Below are positions 1 through 13,492 of a DNA stretch of 64,000 nucleotides, piece by piece (the first letter of the stretch is position 1; each line of letters begins with the position of its first letter). The position numbers were made by a program, and so were the translations under genes. A model generated the notes under the pieces. It was not told the origin of the DNA. It was given only the letters and a program-made list of their open reading frames with translations, and did no database searches. The stretch comes from Octopus vulgaris (Eukaryota), in assembly GCA_951406725.2 (NCBI GenBank), contig OX597818.1, positions 78,864,001-78,928,000 on the forward strand. The letters are read 5' to 3'.

Positions 1-67
1 CCTTTATACTCAACTTCCACACGTCCCTCACTACTATTTCGTCCATCTTGAAGTCGAACACCAACAT
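1..67 (-). CDS. Multi-SRCR protein exon: domain 10, N-terminal half (runs off window edge)
   Basis: catAG acceptor, phase 1. VGVRLQDGRNSSEGRVEVEYKG. Confidence 0.9.
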   Translation of the reverse strand, partial: MLVFDFKMDEIVVRDVWKLSIK

Positions 68-1067
68 CTATGATAGAAGAAAAGGAAACAAAATAAATGT
101 ACATTTCTGAATTACGATTCAGTTTTCAGAATAACTTTTTAAACAATGCTTTCATGTACAAACAATGTTTGCAAAAATGTTAGCAAGGGTAAAGAAAAAA
201 ATGGGAACTTACATTGTTTTAAAACACCAAATATATTAAATAAGTTGCAGCTATGTCGCAATATTTTCTCCCTTTCTTTACGCTCTAAGTATAAATTTCA
301 CCGATGTCAAATTTACCTTTCATTCTTGAGGGAACGATCAAATAAACTACCTGTCAAATACTAGGGATGATATAATCGACTGACTCCTTCCCTTCAAAAT
401 TGTTGATCTTGTACCTAAATTAGAAGCCTTATTCTCAGCTTACTGTAGAATGTTGTAGTCGAAAACTCAAGTTATACACAAATTGTGATGCTCTTTTTTC
501 AATGAACTACACTACTTATCATAATGTAGTTCACTGCAATTAAAAATTTTCTCAGTTGTATTTTAGATATGAATATATAACATTTTCAATCTAAGGTTGT
601 ATTTGATATATTATGAAGGTTTAATTTTACACAAGATTGCTTATATAAAGTATAACATAATAATATTTGTGTATTTCCAAATGGAGTACATTTGGAAGGG
701 AGAGGGTTAGTCTTTATTATTGACTCTGTTACTTGGCTTGATACTCCAGTTTACTTTTCTCGGCGGTGTGGGATGAAAGTAAGTTGATTTCGGTGATACC
801 TCGACTCAGAACAGAGAGAGAAAAAATACTAGTTTCAAATTCTGGTACAAAAGTTTTGGAGGAGGATGAGTCAATTACATCAACCCCAGTACTCAAGTAC
901 ATAATATACAAAATTTATTTTATCGACCCCGAAAAGATAAAAAGCAAAGTCGACTTCGGCAGAATTTGAACATAAAACGCAAAGGCAGACGAAATGCCGC
1001 TAAGCATCTTGTCAAGCATGCTGACGACTCTGCATTTATTGAAATATGAAATTATATTATATATAAA

Positions 1068-1617
1068 TCTCTTATATAAAATCTGTTCTGTGTGTGTGTG
1101 TGTATGCCTTCTAGGATCTCGGGCATCCTCCATCCGATTTTGCTCAAATTTGAGGTATAGATACCGACGGTATCAGGGCGTGTATAAGTCTTGAAAAAAT
1201 TGCAAAAATCGATTCCAGGTGAGAATGCGATCGATAAAGCCGTTTTTGTCCTGCTTTTCTTCCGTCAACCTGTACATAATTGCACCTTCCATTTGTTGTT
1301 GTTTTTGTACTGCTTAAAGGCACGTTTCTGCCAAGCTTACTGTTTAAACCATGTTTGTGTTCTCCCAGTCAACAGCCTTATCATTAGTGGTACTTTAAAC
1401 TCTTCGGTTGCATATTTGTGTGAATAAACTCGTTTTTCTTTGGAATAGAAAATAAGTCTATCTTTATTTCTTCCTTTGCTGGTGACTCAAATTTAGGTTA
1501 AATCAGTGTTTCTCAAAGGGGAGACCTATGAGACGGTCGGACAAGTTGTTTTGAGAAAATTTGGTTTAAATGTTTGACAACGAAGCACCGTCCATTGGAC
1601 GGGGGGCGTTTTGCTCG
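1068..1617 (+). mobile_element. Non-autonomous Helitron-like element
   Basis: 5' A|TCTCTTATATAAAA followed by (TG)n and 'catccgattttgctcaaatttg'. 3' hairpin CCGTCCATTGGACGG (1588-1602), then CTCG|T, a variant of CTRR. Confidence 0.6.
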
Positions 1618-1667
1618 TATATAATATAATGCAATATCTTATGTGCACACGCATATATATATATATA

Positions 1668-2780
1668 CTAGCAGCATAGCCCGGCGTATGTAAGAGCCCC
1701 TAGTAGGCAACGACTAATCCCGATCTAGTCCTTTCCCTCTAGGGAACGAAGGCGCATGTGTAGGTTGCAATGTCTTCTCTTCACTCGAACACTTCTGTGT
1801 ATACGACGTTCCTAGATGTCCCTTTGGGTGAAAATATGAAAACATCATTGCGCCTCCCAACGCGTGAACAGCCCACGTAGAGTTGACCGTGGGCGAAGCA
1901 CTGTTCGCCCAACTGTAACCCAGCGACTTGTAGCGTTTGCCCTTGGGATTTATTGATGGATTTATTGATGGTGTTGGGGGTAAAGTCTCGAATGTAATTT
2001 CTTCCTGGTAGGAATTGGTTCACCAAAACTTAGGTTAGTCTGGAGGTTTCGATGTAATCTTTGGTTTGTATGTGGGATACCTTGAAGATTAAGTCTAGAT
2101 TTCCTCCTGTGGGTTGAATTATCGATAGCCGTTTGATAGTTATTTGGGGGAGTAAGAGTTAAAGAAGGTCGAGTTGCGTCCCCTAGACAGTCTGTGGTTT
2201 GTGTGTAATGCACAAATCGGTTTGCTATGTGTGCCACATATGATTTAATTAACCGATTTTTTCCAGTAATAAAGTATCCTTTGGAATAAATAGGGCCATA
2301 TAGCTCCTTGGAGCAGACATGAGGCTCGCTGTGAATTTAAAAAGAAATTCCTGCCAATTTGTTAAAGATATTGTCGAAAATATGTCATCTTGAATTTGAA
2401 CGTGATTTCCCAAAATGGCATGATTTTATCGAGTTTTTCTGATGGTAAGGTATTGCATGGAAAACTAACGTCATAATTAAGTTTCTTAGGGTAAGATTAA
2501 GCTTCACCATGAGTTTGGTGAAAATCGATTGTAAGTTGCGAAAACTACAATAGAAAATGTGTTGCATATGAAAAGCTTAGATTCTCGACCCCATGTCGAA
2601 TTTATCAATTTTCCCCAGAACTGGGGGGACTTTTCAAAATTTTCGCTGCGTTAGTTTTGAATTATGACATTGGGCTATGTGTGTGTCAAGTTTCATCAGA
2701 ATCGGTTGAAAGCCGTGGACAGGGTGAGGGTACAACCTGACAGACACACAGACAGACAAACTGCCTTTTATATATATATA
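1668..2780 (-). mobile_element. Deleted Helitron retaining the C-terminus of the Pif1 helicase
   Basis: ORF 1781-2026 contains INKSQGQTL...FAHGQLYVGCSRV (Pif1/RepHel motifs V-VI). Minus-strand 3' end ...gccgggctatgctgCTAG|T. The 5' end TATATATAAAAGGCAGTTTGTCTGTCTG merges into (TA)n. Confidence 0.85.
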
Positions 2781-2857
2781 TAATATAATATATATATATA
2801 TATAATATATATAATATATATGATATATATATATAATATATATAATATATATATATA

Positions 2858-2929
<72 letters not shown>

Positions 2930-3211
2930 TATGTGTATGTGTGTGTGTGTGCACGCATGCGTGCTAGAACACCTCGCATGTCATCACTGTCAGAAAAAAT
3001 TCTGTAATCATCTTAAAAATATGGAATTAAGATAAATAAATATATCTGATACCGTTTTCAAACGAAAAGTATTTTGCTCTAATCTTGATAATTTTTTAGT
3101 TAATTAGAAATCAGCAATATAAATATATAACGGAAAACAAAAATATAAATATATAACGGTAAGCACAATCAGAGTTAATTACACCAAAGTGATAAAAAGA
3201 GGTTTACTTAC

Positions 3212-3390
3212 AATTTGTGCAATTTACAGTTGCAGAGTTATCGAATCTGCAAAAGGCGTGACCGAAATTGCTATGTTTACATGACAATATTGAACTCTCG
3301 TTTCCGTGGCATCGAACATTATCAATCCATGACTGATGCTTTCCGCGAGAAGTCAATAGTAATCTGGAATTTGGAAAAGTCTTGCCTTGT
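3212..3390 (-). CDS. Multi-SRCR protein exon: domain 9, C-terminal half
   Basis: aacAG/GTAAG. QGKTFPNSRLLLTSRGKHQSWIDNVRCHGNESSILSCKHSNFGHAFCRFDNSATVNCTN. Confidence 0.93.
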
Positions 3391-4859
3391 CTGTTGAAAA
3401 AATGGTATATTAACTATACTTTGATTCTCCACATTGGTGCAAATACATTTGTTTTATAAAACAGAGGAATCCGCTAGCAACCTACTCCCAGTATGAAGCA
3501 TTTTACGAAAGGAACCCTAAAGGCTGAAAGGAAATAGCAATGCAATCTGATCTGGTTCTACGATATCTAATAATTACTAATATACTAATTAGTGAAGGTG
3601 CATACTTGGCTAGGTGGTTAGCGTATTGCACTGGAAATAGTAAAATAACGATTTTGATTCCTGAAACCGTTTTGTTCTTGAGCAAAATATTCAATTTCAC
3701 GGTTTTCTAGTTCATTCACAAGTAAATGAGTTCCAGCATCAGTTGAGAAGTTGGGCCTGCGACAGATCAGCGTCCGCTTAGGGTGGACTGATTCCAGTCA
3801 TTTGTTACACCTTGGAAACCGAAACTAAACTTGAATATCTCAGTTTTCCAAAATGGATGTCTTAACGTTTTCAGATAAAATCCCGACATGATCAACTTTT
3901 TCAAACGTTTCGAGTCAAAGGAGCAAGAGCAACCTTCAACAAACTTTTCTAGTGACCCTGCGATTAGTGAACAGAAGGGTAAACAGTTGGCTCGAATGCT
4001 AGCAAGAGAATGGATTCTTGTGTAGGGGCTACACGAATGAGCCTACTAATCAGCAACAAAAAAGGTTCCCCTAACGTATTTCCACTGTTTTGGCGTCCAG
4101 TTCACTCAAAAGGAATCGGTCAAGAGAAGACTGTAGTAGAAGATATTTGCTCAAGGCGGCGCACAATGAGACAGAACAAGGAACCAAATAATTGCAAGGA
4201 TGGCTTATAAGAATACAGCCGGGCGCTCCCCCAACACGCAAACAAACAGTCAAAAAATACACACCAGAACACATTTAATATTTCAATATGCTTGTCCATC
4301 ATCATATAATATTCTTCGTACATAATTTTGACTGAAAGAGGAGCCACGTATGGCTTATCTCTCATAGGAATAAGCCATTGTAAAGCCCTACAGTGTTGTA
4401 CCAGAGGGATACAACACGGAGGAGTTTTACATAAAAGACGTTTACAAGAAAAATAATGAAAAGAGGAGATAATAATTCTTTCTAATTTTGGCACAAAACC
4501 AGCAATTTTTAATAGAAGAGTGTAAGTCGATTACATCGACCCAAGTGCTCAGCAAGAATTCCTTTTATCGACTTCAAGTGGATGGAAGTTGACCTCGGTG
4601 GAATTTGAACTCAGAATATAAATCCGGAAGATTCCGCAAGTTCGCCGTCTTAAAAGAGGAAATAATAAATATCAGCAAAGAAAAGTCACTAACAGGGGAT
4701 GACAGCTAGCTGGAGCCAATCAGAGAAGCTCACAGAACCTTACCTACGCTGACACTAAAGATAAGTGCATCCTCTCAGCAATCATTTCCCCGCCTACAAT
4801 AGATTAGATTTATTTTCCAAGTGTTAGGGAATTTGAAGGTGAGTAATTAGCAAATTTAC

Positions 4860-5001
4860 CTATAACCAAGGGATTGACATACTACTGCGGCATTGGAATT
4901 TGACCAAGACGTGTTGCAGACAGAACCCCAAATTCCATTGTACAAGATTTCCAGATACCCGAATGAACTATTCGGTACTGTATTATTGATGCGCATCTCA
5001 A
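4860..5001 (-). CDS. Multi-SRCR protein exon: domain 9, N-terminal half
   Basis: ttcAG/GTAAAT. VEMRINNTVPNSSFGYLEILYNGIWGSVCNTSWSNSNAAVVCQSLGY. Confidence 0.93.
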
Positions 5002-5547
5002 CTGAAAAATATCAATAATGTTGTTTACATCATAAGAGTTTAGAAATTTCGAGAGAACGTGAAATAAATATTTTCTTTACTGTTGAACTCGAAGAAGATA
5101 AAGCTATAAAGATTCCTTTCTACTATATATATAGAAGATCTGAAATTTTGGGTGAAGGATAGTAGATTACATCGCTCCAGTTCTGACTAGTACTTATTTT
5201 ACAGGCTTCGAAAGGATAAAAGGTAACGCCGACCTCAGTGGAACTTAAACTCAGAAAGTAAAGATAGAAGATATGTCACTAAGCATTTTGTCCGGTGTGC
5301 TACAGATTCTGCCAGCGTGCCATTATCTTTTTGAAAAGTACAAAAGGAAAATGCAATAATTTGAAATTTGAATAATGAAAATGTATTGAAATACTTTGTT
5401 GATATAATTCCTTTCTTTTTTCTCCTTTTTTAGAGTTAAAACTCTAAGTAGATAAAACTACAAGAAATAACGTGTAAATATTGGGTTGAAGACCTCTTTG
5501 GATAGAAAGTGCTAAATATTGGAATAAGAAACCATCAGTGGATAGAA

Positions 5548-5787
5548 CAGTGTTTCTCAACCGGGGTTCACATAAGATTTTGTCGTTAAAAGGTATCTCC
5601 AATAAATTGATAATACTTTTACAATACACAAAATATTTTGACAATTTTAAAAATAAAATTCTTAATAATATTTAATTTTAAAAATATGATAGGGCATTTT
5701 TTAAACGTTGAATGGGTATAAAGGTCCAGTTGATTGAAATAGAACTCGTAGGGGGTCTTATAATCAAAACATGGTTGAGAACCTCTT
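5548..5787. mobile_element. hAT-type MITE
   Basis: TIR-like ends CAGTGTTTCTCAACC ... GGTTGAGAACCTCT; no coding capacity. Confidence 0.6.
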
Positions 5788-6291
5788 GGGTAAAAGGTGC
5801 CCATATTATTAGTGATAGCGTTATAACGGTTGTAAGCTGTTCACTGACAACGTTCGGAGTTTGTACGACAATGATGGTTTTTAGCTAAGGTTAACGGGTT
5901 TTGTGCTTCTGAATGGCTAACATGTGTCTTACATGCTGCATGCCCTGCAATTACATTTCCGTAATTTACTTAAATTCAAAGTTGTAGAATATATAAATAA
6001 TATGCATTTTGTCTTTACTTTCTTTAAAATAAAATGAAACATTATAAATCGTTATATGCAAAATGAACAACGAGAATAAAAACGATGATTTTTGCATATT
6101 TTTCCTTAATAAGTTCCGGTAAATTCGAATGCCGATATGCTAATCGCTGTTGCGTTTCGTCACAGGAGAAAAAAGACTTTTTCACGACGAATATGTGTTC
6201 CTAGTACACTAAAAGGGAAGAATCATGCAAGAAAATATACCACAAATCTATTATTAAAGAGAGAACGAGAAATAAATTGACAGATAGAAAT

Positions 6292-6341
<50 letters not shown>

Positions 6342-6387
6342 CGCTTTTTGCATTAAAACTTATGAAACACTATATGTATAATCTTAC

Positions 6388-6548
6388 CCATGGTACAGAA
6401 GACTCCAACATTATTCGAATTGCAAGAATTCGGACCTGTTAGTTCGTATGAGCATTCATCAATAGCATGTTCAGTACCATCGCACTTGAGATTGTTAATC
6501 ATTCTTGGCAGTTGTGGTGTTGGTAGATTACTCAGTCCAAAGCCATCT
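6388..6548 (-). CDS. Multi-SRCR protein exon: domain 8, C-terminal half
   Basis: tttAG/GTAAG. DGFGLSNLPTPQLPRMINNLKCDGTEHAIDECSYELTGPNSCNSNNVGVFCTM. Confidence 0.92.
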
Positions 6549-6670
6549 CTAAAATGCGAATATTAACATATTCAAAAGGAGAAACAATACTTTGCTAATC
6601 CCCACTGACAATGGATTAATAACTTATACCATATACTATAATGCATGTTGATTGATATTATATATTATCG

Positions 6671-7725
6671 TACAAGGTGTTCCAGAAAGATTTACACATA
6701 TTTAGAACACTTCCGAAAAAAAAAATAAGGTAATATTATTTACATTTTACATAATGATGTACTTATGTTTTTTGTTCATGTATCTATTTCGTCTATAACA
6801 GGTTTTTAAACAGACATGGCGTCGAAAGCAAAACGTGACCAGATTATCGCTTTAAAAACAACTTGAGTAACAAGGATATAACAAAACAGTCGAACATGTG
6901 CCGTAAAACAGTGTTCGATAAATGGAAATGATATATGGAGTTCGCTACTACCTCCAACACGCCAATTCTTGGTAGGAAACGCTCAATTCATACCAAACAA
7001 ACTGTGAAGAAGCGAATGAAGTGGAATCCCCACAAGAGTGCTAGAAAAACTGCAAAAGCTCTTGATTTTTAAAGAGGATTTAAAGCTAAACGTATATAAG
7101 AAACAATCCCAGTTAATTTCAGCAGCTTACAAGAAGAAATGGCTCGACTGGAGTAAAACCATATTTGCTGAGATGAAGCGCACCACTAACAAAGTGTTGA
7201 TCTGGTACTACGAGAAGATCTTCACTGTGGAGGAAGTTACCATCAGGCAGAATGACAAGCTTTATGCACGTAATGCAAGAGACTTGTCCGAAGGTAGCAG
7301 GAATCACTTACGCCGTCATAAGCCACCTTCACTCATGGTATGGGCCGCAGTTGCAACTAATGGGTCCTAGTCTCTCTTGGTCTTCATCGATGCTGGCGTC
7401 AAGGTCTGCAGTGAAGTTTATTTGGAAATACTGGACGAGAAAGTGTTACCCTGGGTCAGAGAAGACTTTAGTGACTGTTGCATCTTCATTCAAGACGGAA
7501 CCACGGCCCACACATCCAATTTGACACAGAGCTGATACAAAGAGCATTTCAGTGGTTTTTCGGGACAAGACGATATGACCTCCTTCAAGTCTAAACATCA
7601 ATCCCAAGGACTTTGCTATCTGGTCTCTCTTAGAGAGTAATGTTTCGGCTCGCTCTTGTTCAAATGTGTCAGATCTGAAGAAAGCTCTTGTCTTCATGGT
7701 TCAAGTTAGATAAAGTGGTGGTACG
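6671..7725 (+). mobile_element. Degenerate Tc1/mariner-superfamily transposon (maT/DD37D-like)
   Basis: Broken transposase with (D)EKIFTVE...QNDKLYA, LMVWAAV, FIQDG and *PPSSLNINPKDFAIWSLLE, matching the WPxSSPDLNPLD motif; has stops and frameshifts. Confidence 0.8.
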
Positions 7726-7729
7726 GTGC

Positions 7730-8630
7730 TCATTCATTCTCACCAGATATCTGCTCCAATCCAAGCGACTTTATAGAATCATCGATTCTACATTCCCACT
7801 ACCACTTCTCACAAGTATCTCCGCATCACTGATCGCCGTTTTCCAATTCATCCCAGGATTTTCCTATGGCAATATTGATGATATCGTTCCAAATGTCTTA
7901 AATGCCTATGATTAACAACCCATGCCTCATTGCCATAGAGTAACGATGGCAGAACACATGTGCTATAAACCCTAACTTTTAATTTGGAAAGATGTATTAT
8001 GACGTGACCCGAGACGCTTGTCAAGTCTACCAGAGGCCAGTAGTGTTGAACGTACTCCCTAAATAAATGAATTTAGTTACAACTTCCAACCTTTGTCCAT
8101 ACACAATCACAGAAGGTTTCACATAAAGTTCAGAGGGGGCAAGTTGGTATATCAGAACAGTTCTCTTCTAGTTGATTGTAAGGCCCAATGTTGTGCACGC
8201 TGTAGAAATAGCACTCATCATGTGTTGCATATCATCCTGGAAATGTGTTAACAAGTCACAATCATCTGCATGCAAGAATTCAATGATGTGAGAATGAAGA
8301 ACTTTCGTTTTGGAACAAAGTCTTTTGAGGTTGAAGAGTTTTCCCGCTGCCTTATAACTTGTTTACACCCTTTCAGCCCAGTCTTCGAAAGCTATTTGAA
8401 AGACTATTGTAAAATACAGAGCAAACAAAGTAGGAACAGGAATATCACCTTGTTTTACATATTTTCTACAGAAATTGGATCTGATAAGATACCTCCAAAA
8501 TTAACTCTCACCCCCATCTCGTCATGAAATTGTCTACGCATTTTCACAAATTTTCAGGCCGCCCAGCTTTTTCAGTATATCCTACACGGCACAGAATTAA
8601 ACGCTTTCGTCAGATCAATAAAAACTCGAC
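7730..8630 (-). mobile_element. Decayed RTE-like LINE reverse transcriptase fragment
   Basis: Minus-strand remnants FIDLTKAFNSV and LYGNEAW; many disablements. Confidence 0.7.
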
Positions 8631-8718
8631 TAGGATTCTTTCGAATAAAACCCTTCAAAGGCGATGTCTAATGACTGAAACAAATAAAGGATAAAAAATA
8701 AAATTAAAATATCAATAT

Positions 8719-8842
8719 TTACATTATCTACATTTGGCCTCATCTTGTTTGTTGTTAACACAACGTTTCGGCTAATATACCCTTCATCAGGTGTCTCGGG
8801 GAAATTTCAAACTTGGGTTCTCATTCCTAAGGTATTTTTCGA

Positions 8843-8916
<74 letters not shown>

Positions 8917-8993
8917 TCACTGCCTGGAATCGCACTCGGAATCTTGGGGTTAGTAGCCCGCGCTCTTAACCACTACGCCATATGCCCGTGGGC

Positions 8994-9078
<85 letters not shown>

Positions 9079-9253
9079 CATCGAAAAATACCTTAGGAAT
9101 GAGAACCCAGGTTCGAAATTTTCCCAAGACACTTGATGAAGACTAGTGGGTAGATCAGCCGAAACATTGTGTTAACAACAAACAAGATGAGAACAAATAT
9201 TGTCAAATGTAAATAATGTACATAATTCCTCATCTCTTTAATATAGAACTGAG
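8719..9253. mobile_element. Foldback insertion of a tRNA-headed element with a Penelope-like hammerhead tail
   Basis: Inverted arms 8719-8912 and 8996-9220. tRNA-like head on minus 8913-8993 (A box TGGCGTAGTGG, B-box-like GTGCGATTCC). 12-bp TSD AAATATCAATAT at 8707-8718 and 9254-9265. Confidence 0.75.
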
Positions 9254-9330
9254 AAATATCAATATCTATTGTAAGAATTAAGCTGGAACAGTTTCAAGTA
9301 ATATGTTCCAACTTTTTTTTCTTTACTCAC

Positions 9331-9469
9331 TCGAAGCCCAACATGTTACATATTACGAATGCTGCATTTTCTTCCCATGAATAAGGACATATCGATCGCC
9401 ATTCGTTTTCGAGTAGAACTTCAATACTTCCAGCGTTGTCAGATATCTTATCAACCAGCCGGACACCAA
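9331..9469 (-). CDS. Multi-SRCR protein exon: domain 8, N-terminal half
   Basis: tatAG/GTGAGT. VGVRLVDKISDNAGSIEVLLENEWRSICPYSWEENAAFVICNMLGF. Confidence 0.92.
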
Positions 9470-9532
9470 CTATAGGAACAAAAATAAAATATTTAGATAT
9501 ATTACACACACACATACACATGTATTTATGTA

Positions 9533-10406
9533 TGTAAGATGGGGTACAAACTCGTAGTATCTCACGCTTGTCCCAGTGGGACAAACCTGTTGTAGTTCAG
9601 GCTCCTGCCGCTAGAAGCAACTTGATGCGACTCTTAGGCATCAGTCTGCCGACTGGCGTCGTGGTCTGGAGTTGTACTGTCACGTGGAACGTCTTTGTTT
9701 TGCAGTGCTTCTACTCTGGTCGTCGATTTTTGCGATGGCCGATACGAAGGAACAGTGTGCTTCCGTAAAATTTTGTTTTCTGTTGGGGAAAACGGCAACC
9801 GAAACAGTTGTTATACTTCAAACAGTTACAAGGCCGATGCAAAAGAGAAGTTTACGAGTGGTTTCCATACTTTAGGAATGGTCGCTTGAAGACCAATTTC
9901 GTTCAGAACGACCATCGACCTCTCGTGAACTGATCTTGGAGGACCGTCACCGAACAACTGACGAGGCTGTTGATACAACTGGTGTGTCCTGGAGCACCTG
10001 CCAACAAATTCTGAGCGAGGAATTGCGAATGAAAAGAGTTCCAACAAAATTTGAGCCTCGCTTGCTCATGGAAAATCAAAAGCAGTGACAACTGGATGCG
10101 TGTCGTGAACTGAAAGAACAACTGGAAGTTGATCCGGACCTTTTTTCGAAGATCATCACTGGTGACGAAAGCTGGTGCTACGAATTTGCAGATGTGGAAG
10201 AGGTGAAGAAAAAAAATCGACGGAGGCGTTAAAAGGAATCACTTCGCAAGAGTTCCTGCACTGCTTTGAATAGTGGAAAACGCACCTGGACCAATGCATT
10301 ACTTCAAATGGACAATACGCTGAAGGCGATAAAAGTGTAAACATCTAAAACTAAGTAAATAGAATAATATAGCAAAGTTACGTCTTCTTTTGGGCACCCT
10401 CTCGTA
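9533..10406 (+). mobile_element. Degenerate mariner transposon
   Basis: EQCASVKFCFLLGKTATET N-terminus and IITGDESWCY motif. The right end TTTGGGCACCCTCTCG|TA is a mariner-type TIR. Internally deleted. Confidence 0.8.
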
Positions 10407-11169
10407 TGTATGTATCTATGTATGTATCTATGTATGTATGTATGTATGTATGTATGTATGTATGTATGTATATTCGTTTTGCTCTCTTTTCAATTTTAGA
10501 GGAAATTTTCACCGGCCACCTACTTGGTAACAAGGTTGTAAAGGAAAGTACCTTTTTTAACCACCATACTTTAAATCTTAAGAATGTTTTTCAGATTTTT
10601 ATAGTGCCAGATATGGTGATCATTTGTAGCATATGAATTAAGGATTTGCATTCTCTCTTCAAGATCCCAAGTTCAAGCATATGAAAATTAAATAAGGGAA
10701 AAGAGAACAGGAAGTGTGTAATCAACTTCATTAGGTTACTGTTGTTACCACCACAGTAAGGACACCTTGATTATCAAGACATACTTGACCTGAAGAGTAG
10801 CTTGCTATCTACCCCTCGTTTGGATAATTACTATTTCCGCGGTTCCGCTAGCAATGAAACATATGTAGCCAGGATTTTATCTACTCTACTTCCCAATTTA
10901 TATATATATATATTACTCGCTTCTATCTGCTTCCGTCTGTTAATGCACACATAACACATGAACCCAAGGTGTAAGGCTGTGGGACTGAACCATATGGATG
11001 GGAAGTGAACTACTTACTACATAGCCACGACCGCACCTGCGCATATTGTTGAAATTGTTTAAATATTGTGCTCATCTTATAAGGCCTCAGTGTCAACTGA
11101 TTCATATATATTTGGGGATTGGGGATGTAAAACAAAGTAAATTTTACAAAAGTGCAAAGCTGGACTGAC

Positions 11170-11342
11170 CGTCTGCACAAATGACATAAGCTCCTGGAAA
11201 ATGGCACCGTGTTGACGCAAAGACAGGACAATCAAAAATAGAACTTTCATTTCCATTGCAATTCAAAGGCGTCTGGATTAACAATGAAGACCTGGTTGGT
11301 TGGAAGAAGACATTCTTTCTGATTTGGTATCCGATTCCATAC
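11170..11342 (-). CDS. Multi-SRCR protein exon: domain 7, C-terminal half
   Basis: tacAG/GTCAGT. YGIGYQIRKNVFFQPTRSSLLIQTPLNCNGNESSIFDCPVFASTRCHFPGAYVICAD. Confidence 0.9.
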
Positions 11343-11959
11343 CTGTATAGAAAAAACAACATATTAATGTAAAAAAAATAAAGATTTAATTTACGTCTTG
11401 TGAGTTATTTAATGTAATTTTGGTGTCTCACCTTAAAATCTACACTGAGCTTAATTGTGGTGTCATCAGCGAAGCCGATGTTACCTTTGGAAAAACAACT
11501 AAGGACCAAGGAAAATTTAATAAACTTATATATGAGAAGACACGGGATAAAAGCAGGTAAAGGGCAGTAAAACTGAAAAACAGATAATAACCGATAATTA
11601 CCAAAGAATTAAGAGAAAACTTAAAATATAGCAAAATAAAAGTAAACTACGTGTGGTCTGCATAAGCATTCTTATTAAACTATTATTATTTGTGTAGATA
11701 TCAATACTATCAATATAGTTGGTAGAATCGTCGACACACTGGATAAGGTGCTTAGCGTTATTTCTGCCGGTTTTATGTCCTTATCTCAAATTTCATAGAG
11801 GTTGACTTTGCCTTTTACTCTTTTGGGGTGGATAAAATAAGGACCATTTGAGCTCTGAGATCGATATAATCGAATAACCCCATCACACACCTAAAATTGC
11901 TGGCCTTGTGCCAAAATTTAAAACAATTATTTTGCAGATATTGCTGATCGGGGAACAGT

Positions 11960-12400
11960 TCATAAACTCATCCAACAGCAGGAAAAGTATTTCGTTTCTA
12001 CTAATTAGGTACTATGCAACAAGCTAAGACCTTCAAGTCAAAAACAGAAATTCGACGATTACTGTCAAAAGGTGTTGTGTTGTGGTACGTTCTCACACTG
12101 TTGCTCATACTGTTGAAATTTCAAGAAATGGAAATGTGAGATGTGAATCCTTGGTTCTTTGGGCCATCATCTGTCTTCTACATAAATTCTCAAAGACGCG
12201 TTAAAAAGGCCGTTAATTTGCTGTGATTGAAGAAGTGAAGGAAGCAGTGGATACGCGGCTCATTTCTCAGCCAAAATTATTATTTATTTCTGAGGGCATA
12301 AAGATGATTATACAAAGATTTTACCAAGTGTGTTGAAAAGTATATTAAATATGTTTAAAAGATAGTGAATCGTGCTTTTGGTACCTGTGTGAGTAATAAA
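11960..12400 (+). mobile_element. Mariner transposase C-terminal remnant
   Basis: Decayed mariner-like C-terminal peptides (e.g. EEVKEAV..RL..QPK); heavily mutated. Confidence 0.5.
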
Positions 12401-13492
12401 TTGCAAAAGAAAATGACTATAAAAAAAAACAGGTTGGGTCGTTGTACCTGCTTTTCAGAGCAAGTGGAGCGGCTATGGTGAACGGGTCAAGTTCAAACTA
12501 TACTGTGATAACAAGGAGTCAACATTAAGAGCTGCACGCAGCATTAATTTTCTTGCCAACAGGAAAACATTACAACCGATTTTTGATTAATTAATGGCAC
12601 ATATTTGTAGGTGAAAGTAAAATCCACAGAAACACCAATAAAAACTTCGGGAAGTGTGAGGAATAAGAAAGAAATTAGACATTTGACGACGGTGGGCAGC
12701 ATAACAAGAAACTTTAATATTTACTTAGAATTCACTATTACAAACACATCTCTAATGCATAAATGTTTCAAAAAGCGACCAAATAATTAAAATTATATAT
12801 TTGTAACACTAACACATCTATGTTATTTTGTTAATAATAGATTTAAGGATCGTTCTGAGTCAGATGCGTAAAATGTAACGTTTTATTATGACTAAGCTGA
12901 GTGGTATTCTTGAATTATAAAGAGCTAGTTTAATACAGGTGGGTACAGTTATATCTAACGCGTGCGTGTACATTCAAATTCGAAAAGACGTTCGCTGCGG
13001 ATACTTTAGCTGGAGGGAAATTCTCCTTTAAAACAATCTTCGTGAAAACACCAATGGACTATGAATGACATTGTGAGATCATATGATACGTGTTTCTCAT
13101 CGCCAAGCTTCATCAGCTAAGCACACGTAACTTATTATTTGCTAAGTACCGCAGATTTAAATTGGCTATGAACAATAACTTTGATATATGTGGCTAATGA
13201 AGTGCAACTACGTAGAAACATACGTGTCCTACGGTCTTCTGACGTTATTTATTGCTAAAGTATGTTTCCATCTCTCGCTGCAGTATTCGCAGCGGTAGTC
13301 TTTCCACGTTTGAATGTATATGCAAGTGTTAAATATAATTTTACACGCCAATATTTTAATCTTAGTGTATCTCTAATTAAATATATTAATAGTCTGTGTG
13401 AAGTGAAATTTGATAAAGAAGAAATTAAAATTGTAGTTGTGTCATAAAATGTACGGACATTTTAAAACAAACTTCATATATTTTATACTTAC

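Noticed and set aside
8913-8993. tRNA gene
   Set aside because: The B box is imperfect, the acceptor stem pairs poorly, and it sits inside a TSD-bounded repeat; treated as a SINE head.
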